Notes: generated by a model from the sequence alone, not told the origin. A stretch of DNA of 64,000 bases from Nitrospirota bacterium (GCA_963721805.1 CAVRJY010000001.1:1120001-1184000); one strand, 5' to 3'; positions 8,587 through 18,789 are shown, counted from the first letter of the stretch. Translations and numbers: made by a program.

Positions 8587-10359
8587 ATGGCCGATATAAA
8601 TAAATCAGCTGTCGACGCGGTGCTTGTCGGGTTCGGCTGGACCGGCGCCATAATGGGCATGGAACTCACCGAGGCCGGTCTGAATGTAGTCGCGCTCGAA
8701 CGCGGAGAGAACCGTGATACCTATCCTAATTTCGCCTATCCGCTCAGTGCCGACGAGCTGACATACGGCATACGCGGCAGGCTGTTTCAGAACCTGTCGC
8801 GCGAGACGCTGACGATTCGCCATTCCCCCGGGGACCGCGCCCTGCCTTATCGTCAGCTGGGGTCGTTTCTGCCGGGCACCGGTGTAGGTGGCGGCGGGGT
8901 GCACTGGAACGGCCAGCACTGGCGCGTGCTGCCTGAGGAATTGCGGCTCAAGAGCCACGTTACGGAGCGCTATGGCAAGGGTTTTATACCCGACGGCATG
9001 ACGATCCAGGATTTCGGCGTCAGCTATGATGAACTCGAGCCCTGCTTCGACCAGTTCGAACGCGTATGCGGCACCTCGGGTAAGGCCGGAAACCTGGGCG
9101 GTACGATAGTCGAGGGTGGCAATCCGTTCGAGGGACGACGTTCCAGGGAATATCCGCTGCCACCGCTTGCCGACGTCTACGGCGCCACATTATTTGCCAA
9201 GGCGGCTAAGGAGCTCGGCTACCATCCTTTTTCGGAACCGGCAGCGAATGCCTCACGGCCATACACTAACACCTATGGCGCCCAGCTTGGGCCGTGCAAC
9301 TTATGCGGCTATTGCGAACGCTTCGGCTGTTATAAGTATGCCAAGGCCTCTCCGCAAACGACCATCCTGCCGGTGCTGATGAAGAAACCTAATTTCGAAT
9401 TGCGCGCCCAGTCGCACGTGGTGCGCATCAACCTCGACTCCTCGGGCAAGCGCGCCACCGGGGTCACCTACATCGACGCCCAGGGCCGCGAGGTGTTCCA
9501 GCCTGCGGAGCTCGTCGTCCTTAGCGCCTATCAGCTAAATAACACCAGGCTGCTGCTGCTCTCCGGGATCGGCAAGCCATACGATCATGCGACAGGCACC
9601 GGGGTCGTCGGGCGCAACTATGCCTATCAGATGATCGGCGGCGTCATGGTGTTCTTCGACAAGGACAAGCCTATGAATCCCTTCATCGGTTCGGGCGCGG
9701 GCGGACAGATTATAGACGACCTCAACGGCGACCATTTCGACCACGCCCCGCATGGGTTCATCGGCGGAGGTTATATCGGGGTAATTCAGACCGGCGGCCG
9801 GCCTATCCAGCAGATGCTGCTTCCCAAAGCCACGCCGCAGTGGGGCGCTAAATGGAAGCAGGCGATCAAGGACCATTATCTGTACTCCGTCAACATACTT
9901 ACCCACGGCACTGTCATGTCACACCGCGACAATTACCTCGACCTCGATCCCACGTATCGCGACGTATTCGGCCAGCCGCTTCTGCGCATGACCTTCGACT
10001 GGAAGGAAAACGAGATCAAGATGACCCAGTTCATAACCGGCAAGGCAAAGGAAATCGCCGAGGCGATGGACGGCAAATCGGTAGAGGCAAAGATGAAACA
10101 GACCGGCGATCACTACGACACGCGGGTATACCAGACCACGCACAATGTCGGCGGCGCGGCCATGGGCGAGGACCCGCAGCGAAGCGTGGTCAACCGCTTT
10201 TTGCAGTCCTGGGACGCGCACAATGTGTTCGTAATGGGCTCGAGCGTCTATCCGCAAAATATCGGTTACAACCCGTTGGGCCTGGCGGGCGCACTGGCGT
10301 TCTGGTCCGCAAAGGCCATTCGCACGGCCTACCTGAAATCGCCCGGGCCACTGGTATAG
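8587..10359 (+). CDS. Gluconate 2-dehydrogenase flavoprotein subunit (GMC oxidoreductase)
   Basis: VLVGFGWTG FAD site; GVGGGGVHWNG; CNLCGYCERFGC; YQTTHNVGG. Confidence 0.9.
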   Translation: MADINKSAVDAVLVGFGWTGAIMGMELTEAGLNVVALERGENRDTYPNFAYPLSADELTYGIRGRLFQNLSRETLTIRHSPGDRALPYRQLGSFLPGTGVGGGGVHWNGQHWRVLPEELRLKSHVTERYGKGFIPDGMTIQDFGVSYDELEPCFDQFERVCGTSGKAGNLGGTIVEGGNPFEGRRSREYPLPPLADVYGATLFAKAAKELGYHPFSEPAANASRPYTNTYGAQLGPCNLCGYCERFGCYKYAKASPQTTILPVLMKKPNFELRAQSHVVRINLDSSGKRATGVTYIDAQGREVFQPAELVVLSAYQLNNTRLLLLSGIGKPYDHATGTGVVGRNYAYQMIGGVMVFFDKDKPMNPFIGSGAGGQIIDDLNGDHFDHAPHGFIGGGYIGVIQTGGRPIQQMLLPKATPQWGAKWKQAIKDHYLYSVNILTHGTVMSHRDNYLDLDPTYRDVFGQPLLRMTFDWKENEIKMTQFITGKAKEIAEAMDGKSVEAKMKQTGDHYDTRVYQTTHNVGGAAMGEDPQRSVVNRFLQSWDAHNVFVMGSSVYPQNIGYNPLGLAGALAFWSAKAIRTAYLKSPGPLV

Positions 10360-10363
10360 GATT

Positions 10364-11662
10364 GTGCGCGTTGCGTTAAATATAAAGGTCATAGCGGCCA
10401 TTGTCGTGATGATTGCAACTAGCGCGATGGCGCAAGCCGCACCAGATGAGCTCGTGCAGCGCGGCGCCTATCTCGCGCATGCCGGAGACTGCATTGCCTG
10501 CCATACCGCCCCGGACGGAAAGCCATACTCCGGCGGGGTGCCGATAAACACGCCGATCGGGATGATTTATTCGACCAACATCACTCCGGACCTCGAAACC
10601 GGGATCGGTAAATACAGCATGGACGAATTCGTGAGGGCCATGCGCGAAGGCGTGGCGAACGACGGGCAACATCTTTATCCGGCCATGCCCTATACGTCCT
10701 TCACGAGGCTGTCGAAGGAAGACCTGACGGCGCTCTATGCCTACTTCATGCATGGCGTCGAGCCGGTGCACAAGCAAAATCACGAGACGAAATTGAGCTG
10801 GCCGCTCAGCATGCGATCTCTCATGGCGCTCTGGAATGATCTATATCTCAAGAAGGGCGAATACGCCGCCGATCCGAATAAGAGCGCGTCATGGAACCGC
10901 GGCGCATATCTCGTGCAGGGTCTCGGACATTGCGGCGGATGCCACACGCCGCGGGGAGTTGGCGGCCAGGAGTTGGCGGACAGCGAAAAGGGCGGCAGTA
11001 AATTCCTCGCCGGGGCCACGCTGGACGACTGGCATGCATCATCCCTGAATGGGGACCTAGATACCGGGCTGCATGCCTGGTCGAAAGAGGAGCTGGCCGA
11101 ATTCTTAAAAACCGCCCGCACCGCACGCGTCGCGGCATTTGGCATGATGGCGGGAGTGGTCGGAATGAGCACCCAATATCTGACTGATAATGACCTTATG
11201 GGGATTGCCGAATACCTGAAATCAATGCCGCCTTCAGAGGACAATGCCGCGGATTCGGCCGTGCAAGCCAATGCCGTCAGTGCTGCGACGATAGCGCTGC
11301 GCGCTGGTGATATCTCGATGCGTGGATCGCGCGTCTATCTGGACAATTGCGGCGCCTGCCATGGCTCGGACGGCGCGGGCGCAACGCGGACCTTCCCGCA
11401 CCTGACGAAAAACGAAGAGGTCAACTCCAAAGATCCAACCTCAATGATTCACATAGTGCTGGGTGGGTCAGCAATGCCGTCAACGCAAACCGCGCCCTCA
11501 GCGCTCGCCATGCCCGACTTCGGCTGGCGACTGAGCGATGCGGAAGTGGCTGATGCGCTAAGCTTTATACGCGGCAACTGGGGCAATCATTCGGCAGCGG
11601 TCAGCAGCGATGAGATCGGCCGCTTGCGCAAATCCCTCGCTCTTCAAAATACAGTTCAGTAA
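10364..11662 (+). CDS. Gluconate 2-dehydrogenase triheme cytochrome c subunit
   Basis: Signal peptide; CIACH, CGGCH and CGACH; STNITPD, LYPAMPY and MPDFG. Confidence 0.9.
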   Translation: MRVALNIKVIAAIVVMIATSAMAQAAPDELVQRGAYLAHAGDCIACHTAPDGKPYSGGVPINTPIGMIYSTNITPDLETGIGKYSMDEFVRAMREGVANDGQHLYPAMPYTSFTRLSKEDLTALYAYFMHGVEPVHKQNHETKLSWPLSMRSLMALWNDLYLKKGEYAADPNKSASWNRGAYLVQGLGHCGGCHTPRGVGGQELADSEKGGSKFLAGATLDDWHASSLNGDLDTGLHAWSKEELAEFLKTARTARVAAFGMMAGVVGMSTQYLTDNDLMGIAEYLKSMPPSEDNAADSAVQANAVSAATIALRAGDISMRGSRVYLDNCGACHGSDGAGATRTFPHLTKNEEVNSKDPTSMIHIVLGGSAMPSTQTAPSALAMPDFGWRLSDAEVADALSFIRGNWGNHSAAVSSDEIGRLRKSLALQNTVQ

Positions 11663-11740
11663 CCTTGAAACGCTGGCAGTATCCGCTTGATATAGCTATC
11701 CCAAGTAAACAATAAGTATACAATTTGCCCCAAAAGCATA

Positions 11741-11773
11741 AAAAAAAGGGGCTACGATTTCTCGTAACCCCTT
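11741..11773 (-). terminator. Rho-independent terminator downstream of tRNA-Ala
   Basis: Minus strand AAGGGGTTACGA-GAAA-TCGTAGCCCCTT followed by a T run. Confidence 0.75.
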
Positions 11774-11784
11774 GATTTAAAAAG

Positions 11785-11857
<73 letters not shown>

Positions 11858-11866
11858 GAGACCGTA

Positions 11867-11920
11867 ATTATATCCGTTAGCGGCCACCCGTTGTCAAGGC
11901 GGACAGGTATCCTGTACAAT
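11867..11920. promoter_or_regulatory. Back-to-back promoters for tRNA-Ala (-) and the 11948 gene (+) with overlapping -35 boxes
   Basis: Minus strand TTGACA(11897-11892)-N19-TATAAT; plus strand TTGTCA(11891)-N18-TACAAT. Confidence 0.45.
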
Positions 11921-11947
11921 CCGCACCGGTTTGAATTACACTTATGC

Positions 11948-12364
11948 ATGGGATTTATTATAAGGCTCCTGATGCTTACGATACTGGCGGGGATCATATT
12001 CATAGGCGTCGCGCTGTTCCGGGGTGGCTCGGATATCAGGCACGCCGGCGACGTGATCGCGCGCACCTTTGATTCGGCCGCTGACAAGGCCGACCGGATC
12101 AGGCATATCGTTACCAAGACCGACAGCACGATCGAGCGCGTCGGCGACACCATCAATGACGCGGCCCATGGGGCCGCCGAACGGCTCAAGGACACTAAAG
12201 ACAAGATCGACGGCAAGGCCTCCGAACTAAAGTGCCGCGCGGACGATAAGGCCGATGAACTCCGCCGCATCAAAGACTGCGTCAACAACTCGATCTCAAA
12301 TTCGGTGGATTCATTCAATAAAGGGAAAGACCGTCATGCAACAGCCACCGGCGATAAGCGTTAG
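11948..12364 (+). CDS. Membrane-anchored helical hypothetical protein
   Basis: N-terminal TM segment (MGFIIRLLMLTILAGIIFIGVALF) followed by a charged amphipathic helical region. Confidence 0.55.
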   Translation: MGFIIRLLMLTILAGIIFIGVALFRGGSDIRHAGDVIARTFDSAADKADRIRHIVTKTDSTIERVGDTINDAAHGAAERLKDTKDKIDGKASELKCRADDKADELRRIKDCVNNSISNSVDSFNKGKDRHATATGDKR

Positions 12365-13019
12365 CGGCCTCAGGAAGTCCTACAAGACCCAGGCCGGGCA
12401 ACTCGACGTCCTAAAGGGCATAGACCTCGATATCGCCGCCTCGTCGATGTCAGCGATAATGGGGGCCTCAGGGGTGGGCAAGAGCACGCTGCTCCAGATG
12501 CTCGGCACGCTCGACACCCCAAGCGAAGGCAGCATCTCATACTACGGGAGCGATATATCCGGCCTCGGCGAGGCCGAGCTATCGGCATTCAGGAACCGGA
12601 CTATCGGGTTCATATTCCAGTTCCACCACCTGCTGCCGGAGTTCAACGCGCTCGAAAACGTGATGATGCCTGTGCTGATCAATGGCTCGGTCGGCAGGGA
12701 CGAGGCCGAGCGCATGGCAAGGGGGCTACTGGACGAGGTCGGGCTCGGCGAGCGTCTCACGCACCGCCCGGGGGAGCTCTCGGGCGGAGAGCAGCAGCGC
12801 GTGGCCGTGGCGCGGGCGCTCGTGATGTCGCCGCGCGTGGTGCTCGCCGACGAGCCCACGGGCAACCTCGATACGCGCACCGGGATGGAGGTCTTCGACC
12901 TGCTTGAGCGCCTGAACCGGGCGCGCGGGATAACCTTCGTGATCGTCACGCATAACGAGGCGCTCTCTGAGCGCTGTCACCGCGTGATAGAGATGGTCGA
13001 CGGAAGGATTAAGTCCTAG
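12336..13019 (+). CDS. lolD: Lipoprotein-releasing ABC transporter ATPase (LolD-like)
   Basis: [38 protein letters not shown] and ADEPTGNLD. Confidence 0.75.
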   Translation: MQQPPAISVSGLRKSYKTQAGQLDVLKGIDLDIAASSMSAIMGASGVGKSTLLQMLGTLDTPSEGSISYYGSDISGLGEAELSAFRNRTIGFIFQFHHLLPEFNALENVMMPVLINGSVGRDEAERMARGLLDEVGLGERLTHRPGELSGGEQQRVAVARALVMSPRVVLADEPTGNLDTRTGMEVFDLLERLNRARGITFVIVTHNEALSERCHRVIEMVDGRIKS

Positions 13020-13070
13020 CAAAAGCCGCTCTATTGCATCCCATCGCGCAGCGAGCGCGGAGCGTTGCCC

Positions 13071-13769
13071 CTAGCAAATGGACGCGGGGATGTCCCTGGA
13101 CAGCACGCCCTTGCTCATCCAGAGCATGCGGTCGGCCTGTTTCGCGAGTTCCATGTTGTGGGTTACGAGTATGAAGGTTATGTTGCGCTCCTTGCACTTT
13201 CCGCGCAGGAACTTCATCACTTCGCCTTCGGTCTCCTCGTCGAGGTCCCCCGTCGGCTCGTCCGCAAGAATGATCTCGGGGTTGTTGATCAGCGCGCGGC
13301 CGATGGCCACGCGGCGCTGCTGGCCGCCGCTGAGCTGTGAGGGCAGCGAGTCCATCTTGTCCTTAAGCCCCAGAGAGGTGAGGCATTCCTCGGCGAGTTT
13401 CATGTCCTCGGAGGTGGGTTTCTGCTTGCACCTAAACAGCGAGGGCAGGATGACGTTTTCGCGCGCGGTAAGCACTTGCAGGAGGCTCGCGAACTGGAAT
13501 ATGTACCCCACGCTGTCGGCGCGATAGCCGGAGAGCCCGTCGTCGTTCTGCGCGTATACGTCCATGCCGTTAAACACGATGCTGCCCGAGGTGGGCCGGA
13601 GTATCCCGCCCATGATCGAAAGCAGGGTCGTCTTGCCGGAGCCGGAGTGCCCGACTATCGAGAGGAACTCGCCCTTCTCGACCGTGAGCGATGCGTTATC
13701 GACGGCCCTGAACTCCGAGCCCTCTATCGTGTAAAGCTTGCTTACGTTATTGACTTCGATCTGGGCCAT
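13071..13769 (-). CDS. ABC transporter ATPase (LolD/MacB family)
   Basis: GHSGSGKTT, LSGGQQRRV and ADEPTGDLD. Confidence 0.9.
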   Translation of the reverse strand: MAQIEVNNVSKLYTIEGSEFRAVDNASLTVEKGEFLSIVGHSGSGKTTLLSIMGGILRPTSGSIVFNGMDVYAQNDDGLSGYRADSVGYIFQFASLLQVLTARENVILPSLFRCKQKPTSEDMKLAEECLTSLGLKDKMDSLPSQLSGGQQRRVAIGRALINNPEIILADEPTGDLDEETEGEVMKFLRGKCKERNITFILVTHNMELAKQADRMLWMSKGVLSRDIPASIC

Positions 13770-13777
13770 GCTGTCTC

Positions 13778-14965
13778 CTATTGCTCCTTGAGCACGTCGA
13801 GCGGCTCGAGCCGCTTGATATGGTTTACGCTGGAGAGCGATCCCACCACGCTGATGCCGACTCCGACCGCGAGGCCCAGAAGCGCGATCAGCAGCCTGTC
13901 GCCGAGCGTGAGGGACACGTTCATGTCCCTGATGAGCGTAAACATTTGCGTGAGGCCAAGCGACATGAGCGTGCCGGCTATTATGCCGACTACGCTGCCC
14001 ATCGAGCCGAGCGTCACAACCTCGATCAGGAAGGCGCGGGCCACGTCCTTGCCCCTCGCGCCTATCGCGCGCAGTATGCCGATTTCGCGCGCGCGCTCGT
14101 TGACAATGGCCGAGAATATCGTCCAGGTCAGGAATACGGCGATGAGCGCGGCTATGGATATCGTGAGCAGAAAGATGCGGTTGATGTCCTTGAGCGTACC
14201 TATAATGCCCTTGCCGATGTCGTCGCGGTAGATGTAATTGACGTCGTTGAGGTCGCCCGCGATCTGGCGTCCGACCTTGTAAGGGTCGTAGCCGCTCTTG
14301 AGCTTGACGAATATCATCGATATCTGCCCTGCCTTAAGCGGCGTCTTGGCGAGCTTCACGATATCGGGGAGGTTCTCGTCGCTTATGAAAATGGCGTTGT
14401 CCAGTCCGGTGCCGGTCTTTATGAGCCGGCCTATAAAATTGAACTTCTTATTGAAGAGCACGCTGCTCGATACGCGAATGAGATCGAGGTTCTGGTTGGC
14501 CTGATACCCGATGATGGCCTCACCCTTGACCATCTTGCGGTCGACGATGCCGGAGAGCCACGGCTTTACGATGAAGTCGGTGTCCTGGTCGATCGCGACG
14601 ACCTTCACGGGCGGGATGTCGCAGCATACGCCGAGGATCGATTCGAGGAACGTCTGGGAGGTGACGGCTGCAACGCCTTCGACCTGCTTGATCTTGTCGA
14701 CGTAGTCGCGGGGCATGTAGAAGTTCGGGCCCTTGCCCTCGAGCAATACCGTCTCGGCCGAGTCCGAGGCGCCCATCGGGACTATCGCGAGGTCGGCCCC
14801 GAACCTTGCGGTTGCGCGGGCCACGCCCAGCGAGACGCTCTCGATGAAAGAAGTGCCGAAGACGAGGATAGCCACGAGGAGCCCGATCGAGAGGACGAGC
14901 ACAGCCGTGCGGAACGGCTTCAGCATCAGGTTGCGCATCGCGAGGCTCATGAGCCCGAAAGTCAT
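13778..14965 (-). CDS. FtsX/MacB-family ABC permease
   Basis: TM1, periplasmic domain (with CC motif), ERAREIGILRAIGA and three C-terminal TMs. Confidence 0.88.
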   Translation of the reverse strand: MTFGLMSLAMRNLMLKPFRTAVLVLSIGLLVAILVFGTSFIESVSLGVARATARFGADLAIVPMGASDSAETVLLEGKGPNFYMPRDYVDKIKQVEGVAAVTSQTFLESILGVCCDIPPVKVVAIDQDTDFIVKPWLSGIVDRKMVKGEAIIGYQANQNLDLIRVSSSVLFNKKFNFIGRLIKTGTGLDNAIFISDENLPDIVKLAKTPLKAGQISMIFVKLKSGYDPYKVGRQIAGDLNDVNYIYRDDIGKGIIGTLKDINRIFLLTISIAALIAVFLTWTIFSAIVNERAREIGILRAIGARGKDVARAFLIEVVTLGSMGSVVGIIAGTLMSLGLTQMFTLIRDMNVSLTLGDRLLIALLGLAVGVGISVVGSLSSVNHIKRLEPLDVLKEQ

Positions 14966-14990
14966 ATCTGGTGTTGCCGCCTTTCTTGAT

Positions 14991-15041
14991 AAAAAAAGAA
15001 TCGGGACGCCTCTATATTATACACAGCAGAGGCGTCCCGAT
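14991..15041 (-). terminator. Rho-independent terminator after the 15074-16201 gene
   Basis: 14-bp stem ATCGGGACGCCTCT/AGAGGCGTCCCGAT followed on the minus strand by TCTTTTTTT. Confidence 0.8.
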
Positions 15042-15073
15042 CCATCAAGCCGCGTCAGGCGGCCGTTGCGTTC

Positions 15074-16201
15074 TTACTTGAGGTTCCCGTCCATGCCGCA
15101 AAGCGGGGCGTTGATCTCTTTGCCCAGCATCTTGGTGTGGCAGCCGTTACAAACTGAGGTCGGGTTGCCGACGATCTTCTTGGCGGCTATGTCATAAAGC
15201 GCGAGCTTGCCGTCCTGGATGGTCTTCTCGGGGTTAGCCGGGTCCTTCTCGTTGGCCCTGAGGGTGAGGATGGCGTACTTGCCGTCCGGTGTAGGCATCG
15301 CATCGTGGTTCTCCGCGTCGGTCATCATCGTGGTGGCCTCGACCTTGAGGGTCTTGGCGTCGACTACGTAGAACCTGTCACCCGCGGCCTGGAGGATCTT
15401 CTTGCCGTCCGGGGTGAAATACTGCCTGAAGCCGATGGTGTGGTACTTCTCGCCGGCGACGCTGCTCCTCTTGAGGACCTTCACGTTGCCTTTTACGAGC
15501 TCGGGGAGGTCAAGCAGCATGAAGTCGACCTTGCCGTTGAGGCCGTGGAACGGCTGGGTCGCATCCCAGCTGTCGGCGCCGTCGATGGCGACTACGAAGG
15601 TCTTCATGTCAGGGGAGTTCGTCCCGTGGAAGAACAGGTAGTTGTTCTTCCAGCCCTCTTTGTCGAGGAATATGGTCTTCTTCGTCTTCATGGTGGCCTT
15701 GTCGACGATCTGGATGAAGGCTTCCTGGGTCATCGATACCGGGATGTAGTCCTTGGTGGTCTGGCCGGAGGCGCAGAATACCGCGCCAGCCCATGCGGCG
15801 CGCTCGGGAAGGGTCTCTACGTTGTCAGTGGTGACCTTGCCGGTCTTGAAATCCACGACTCCGCGGTGATATTTCTGGGCACCGGCTTTCTCGTCAAGCT
15901 GATAGGTCGAGAAATAGCCCTTGGTGCGGTCCTTGTTGTCGATCCTGACGTCATGGATGGCCTGGGCGGCCACGACGATGCGGTCGAGGTCCTTGTTGAG
16001 CTTGATCGGCTCTGCTGCGGACGGGTCGATCGTGATGTCGGCGACGGCATAGTGCCCGCCGTCACCAGCAACATACACGGTGCCGGAATAAGTCTTGCCC
16101 TTGGCGTCAGCCGTGGGCGTGGTCTTGTCCACGGTCGTGAAGGCGAGGTAGCCCGCCAGGACGAGGCACATGCTGATTGCGACTACTAAAGTTTTTTTCA
16201 T
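15074..16201 (-). CDS. Secreted beta-propeller-like protein with one C-terminal c-heme motif
   Basis: Signal/anchor peptide; repeated SPD/TPDG turns; CNGCH; strongly biased codon usage. Confidence 0.7.
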   Translation of the reverse strand: MKKTLVVAISMCLVLAGYLAFTTVDKTTPTADAKGKTYSGTVYVAGDGGHYAVADITIDPSAAEPIKLNKDLDRIVVAAQAIHDVRIDNKDRTKGYFSTYQLDEKAGAQKYHRGVVDFKTGKVTTDNVETLPERAAWAGAVFCASGQTTKDYIPVSMTQEAFIQIVDKATMKTKKTIFLDKEGWKNNYLFFHGTNSPDMKTFVVAIDGADSWDATQPFHGLNGKVDFMLLDLPELVKGNVKVLKRSSVAGEKYHTIGFRQYFTPDGKKILQAAGDRFYVVDAKTLKVEATTMMTDAENHDAMPTPDGKYAILTLRANEKDPANPEKTIQDGKLALYDIAAKKIVGNPTSVCNGCHTKMLGKEINAPLCGMDGNLK

Positions 16202-16504
16202 TCTTGCTTCTCCCCGAAAGTTTAAGTGTTAGTACGGTTCGATGAAGCTTCGCCTAAACCTTGTGCAAGGGCGGCGGTCCAGCTGTCCTGATCTCCCTTC
16301 TCACCCCCTCTGGTAATGAGATTTAAATGGATTAATAAGAAACCTTGATACATTCAGTTTATTCGCGATAACTATTGGAAATCAACTTGAAATTATGAGT
16401 TTAGGGAAGCTATTATTACGGCTGTAACCCCCGTGAGCCCGTTTTCGGGATGCCGCGCGTGATTTCCTTGATCGGCGCTGACGGTTTGACGTATCATAGG
16501 CGTC

Positions 16505-16894
16505 ATGAAACAAACAAAGTTCACCCCAATAAAGCTCACACGGCCGAAGCAGAAGACAACCGAGAAGAACTGCAGCGCCTGCCCGGCGATATGCTGCCAC
16601 GACCTCTCCATCGTGATCATGAGGCCCGAGACCCGCAAGGAGATCGACGACCTCAAGTGGCACCTGCACTACGACACCGTCGGCGTCTACATCCGCAGCC
16701 GCCGCTGGCACGTCGTCGTCAAGGGCAAGTGCATGTACCTCGACGCGAACAACATGTGCACGATCTACGACCGCCGCCCCGACAAGTGCCGGAACCACAT
16801 GCCGCCCTCGTGCGAGCGCTACGACACCTGGTACGACGTCCTCTTCACGAAGCCCGAGGAGCTGGAGGCTTACCTCAAAAGGAAGAAGAAATAG
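16505..16894 (+). CDS. YkgJ-family CxxCxxxCC cysteine-cluster protein
   Basis: CSACPAICC and CMYLDANNMCTIYDRRPDKCR. Confidence 0.85.
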   Translation: MKQTKFTPIKLTRPKQKTTEKNCSACPAICCHDLSIVIMRPETRKEIDDLKWHLHYDTVGVYIRSRRWHVVVKGKCMYLDANNMCTIYDRRPDKCRNHMPPSCERYDTWYDVLFTKPEELEAYLKRKKK

Positions 16895-16897
16895 CCG

Positions 16898-17392
16898 ATG
16901 AAGAAGCTCGGCTCGCCTCCCACCTCGTGTGACTGGAAGGGTGCGGCGCAAGGGCCGAAGGCCGGGCCGGCGGCCCGGCCGCGCGGGCGCGTCATGCGCT
17001 ACGAAGAAGACGGCGCATGGCAGGGCGTGGCTGCCGAGCGGTACAAGAGCCCCGACGGCTCGTGGGCCTCTGTCATAAGGCGAACCCTCGTCGGAGGGCT
17101 CAAGGGCGAGCGCACGAAGTTCCACCTCAGGTATTTCGAGATCGCACCCGGCGGCAGGACGTCGCTCGAACTCCACAGCCACGAGCACGTCGTGGTCGTG
17201 GTCCGCGGCAAAGGGATATGTAGGATCAGGACAACCCGCCACGAGATCGGGCCGATGGACGTGGCCTACATCCCGCCGGGCGCGCCGCACCAGCTGAGCA
17301 ACCCCAACAATGAGCCTTTCGGGTTTTTCTGCATAGTCGACGCGGAGCGCGACAGGCCGGCGCCCGCCGGAGCAAGGGGCCGGAAACCATGA
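16898..17392 (+). CDS. Cupin-domain protein
   Basis: YFEIAPGG-TSLELHSHEH and YIPPGAPHQL. Confidence 0.85.
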   Translation: MKKLGSPPTSCDWKGAAQGPKAGPAARPRGRVMRYEEDGAWQGVAAERYKSPDGSWASVIRRTLVGGLKGERTKFHLRYFEIAPGGRTSLELHSHEHVVVVVRGKGICRIRTTRHEIGPMDVAYIPPGAPHQLSNPNNEPFGFFCIVDAERDRPAPAGARGRKP

Positions 17393-18417
17393 ACAAGGAC
17401 AGTGCGACCTCCGCGATACGCGGCCGCATCAGGCTTTCGTTCTGGATATTCCTGGGGGTGCTCGCTACCGGCACAGGAGGCTACTGGCTGATAAGCGATG
17501 GCAAAGCCTCGCTCCTGGATTGTTTTTACATGACCGTGATAACGGTCTCGACGGTCGGTTACGGCGAGGTCATAAGCATAACGCCTTTTTGGTACGCGAA
17601 GCTCTTTACGATCGCGCTGATATTCGCAGGGATGTCGGTGATACTGTATTTCATCTCGAACGTCACGGCGTTTCTGATCGAGGGCAACCTGAAAGAACTC
17701 TTCTGGAGGAAGAAGATGCAGAAGCTCATAGGCAAGCTCAACGGGCATTACATAGTGTGCGGCGCCGGAAAATTCGGCGAGCACATCATACGCGAGTTCG
17801 TCGACACGCGGCGGCCGTTTGTCGTGATAGAGGCCGAGCGCGAACACGTGACCGAGGTCGCCGTGCGGTTCCCGGATGCGCCCGTAGTGCACGGCGACGC
17901 CGCGGAAAACGACGTGCTAGAGGCCGCAGGGGTGGGGCGCGCCGCAGGCATGCTGGTCGCGACCGAAAACGACAAGGACAATATAGTCATCACGCTCACC
18001 GGCCGCCAGATGAACCATACAATGCGCATCGTTACGCGCTGCAACGACGCGCGCCACTCAGAGAAGCTCAAGCGCGCCGGCGCGGACTCCGTGGTATCGA
18101 CTAACTTCATCGCCGGGCTCCGCATGGCGTCTGAGATGTTCAGGCCGTCGGTCGTCTCGTTCCTGGACAAGATGCTCAGGGACAAGGAGCGCAACCTGCG
18201 CATAGAGGAGATGGTGGTGCCGGAGGGCGCGGGACTCGGCACGATGCAAGAGGCTCGGCGGTACGCCCTCGTGCTTGCCATCAGATACCCGGACGGGTCG
18301 TATCAGTTCAACCCCTCAGGCGAGACAGTGCTCGCACCGGGCGCGACTCTGATCTTCATGGGCAGCCCCGATGACCGCGGGAGCCTTAGCAAGGCGCTCT
18401 TAGGGGGTGCGGCTTAA
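17389..18417 (+). CDS. Potassium channel with RCK (TrkA-N/C) domains
   Basis: TVSTVGYG selectivity filter; IVCGAGKFG; AGADSVVS. Confidence 0.92.
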   Translation: MNKDSATSAIRGRIRLSFWIFLGVLATGTGGYWLISDGKASLLDCFYMTVITVSTVGYGEVISITPFWYAKLFTIALIFAGMSVILYFISNVTAFLIEGNLKELFWRKKMQKLIGKLNGHYIVCGAGKFGEHIIREFVDTRRPFVVIEAEREHVTEVAVRFPDAPVVHGDAAENDVLEAAGVGRAAGMLVATENDKDNIVITLTGRQMNHTMRIVTRCNDARHSEKLKRAGADSVVSTNFIAGLRMASEMFRPSVVSFLDKMLRDKERNLRIEEMVVPEGAGLGTMQEARRYALVLAIRYPDGSYQFNPSGETVLAPGATLIFMGSPDDRGSLSKALLGGAA

Positions 18418-18432
18418 GCCGGGCAGGGGGGA

Positions 18433-18789
18433 TTAGAACTCGTGCGCTATGCTGGCGGCGGTCGACTTAAGCAGGAACCTGGCCTGGCCGGAATTGCCTG
18501 ACGGCCTGAGCACCGCCGCGAAATAATATTCGGGCGTGATGGCGCTGAGCACTACGGTGCATTTTTCGGTCTTGAACGTGGCCTCGGAGGCAGTGCCGAG
18601 GCTGAGGCTCTCGCAGGCGTCGGCTATGTTGCGCATGAGCTGCGAGGTCTCGGCGTTGAGGTCCTCCGGCTCCGTGATCGTGGCCGACCCAACGTGCTCG
18701 ACCGGCATCCCGTCGATGCCGCAGATCATCAGCAGTTCGGCCCCCCTGATCCTGACGAGCAGGTCCTTAAGCGTTTCCGCGAAACTCAT
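18433..18789 (-). CDS. Roadblock/LC7 (MglB-like) protein
   Basis: 118 aa; ICGIDGMPV; GNSGQARFLL; located after the TPR gene. Confidence 0.75.
   Translation of the reverse strand: MSFAETLKDLLVRIRGAELLMICGIDGMPVEHVGSATITEPEDLNAETSQLMRNIADACESLSLGTASEATFKTEKCTVVLSAITPEYYFAAVLRPSGNSGQARFLLKSTAASIAHEF

Noticed and set aside
16340..16360. FNR/CRP box upstream of the heme protein gene
   Set aside because: Only the TTGAT half-site matches at the correct spacing
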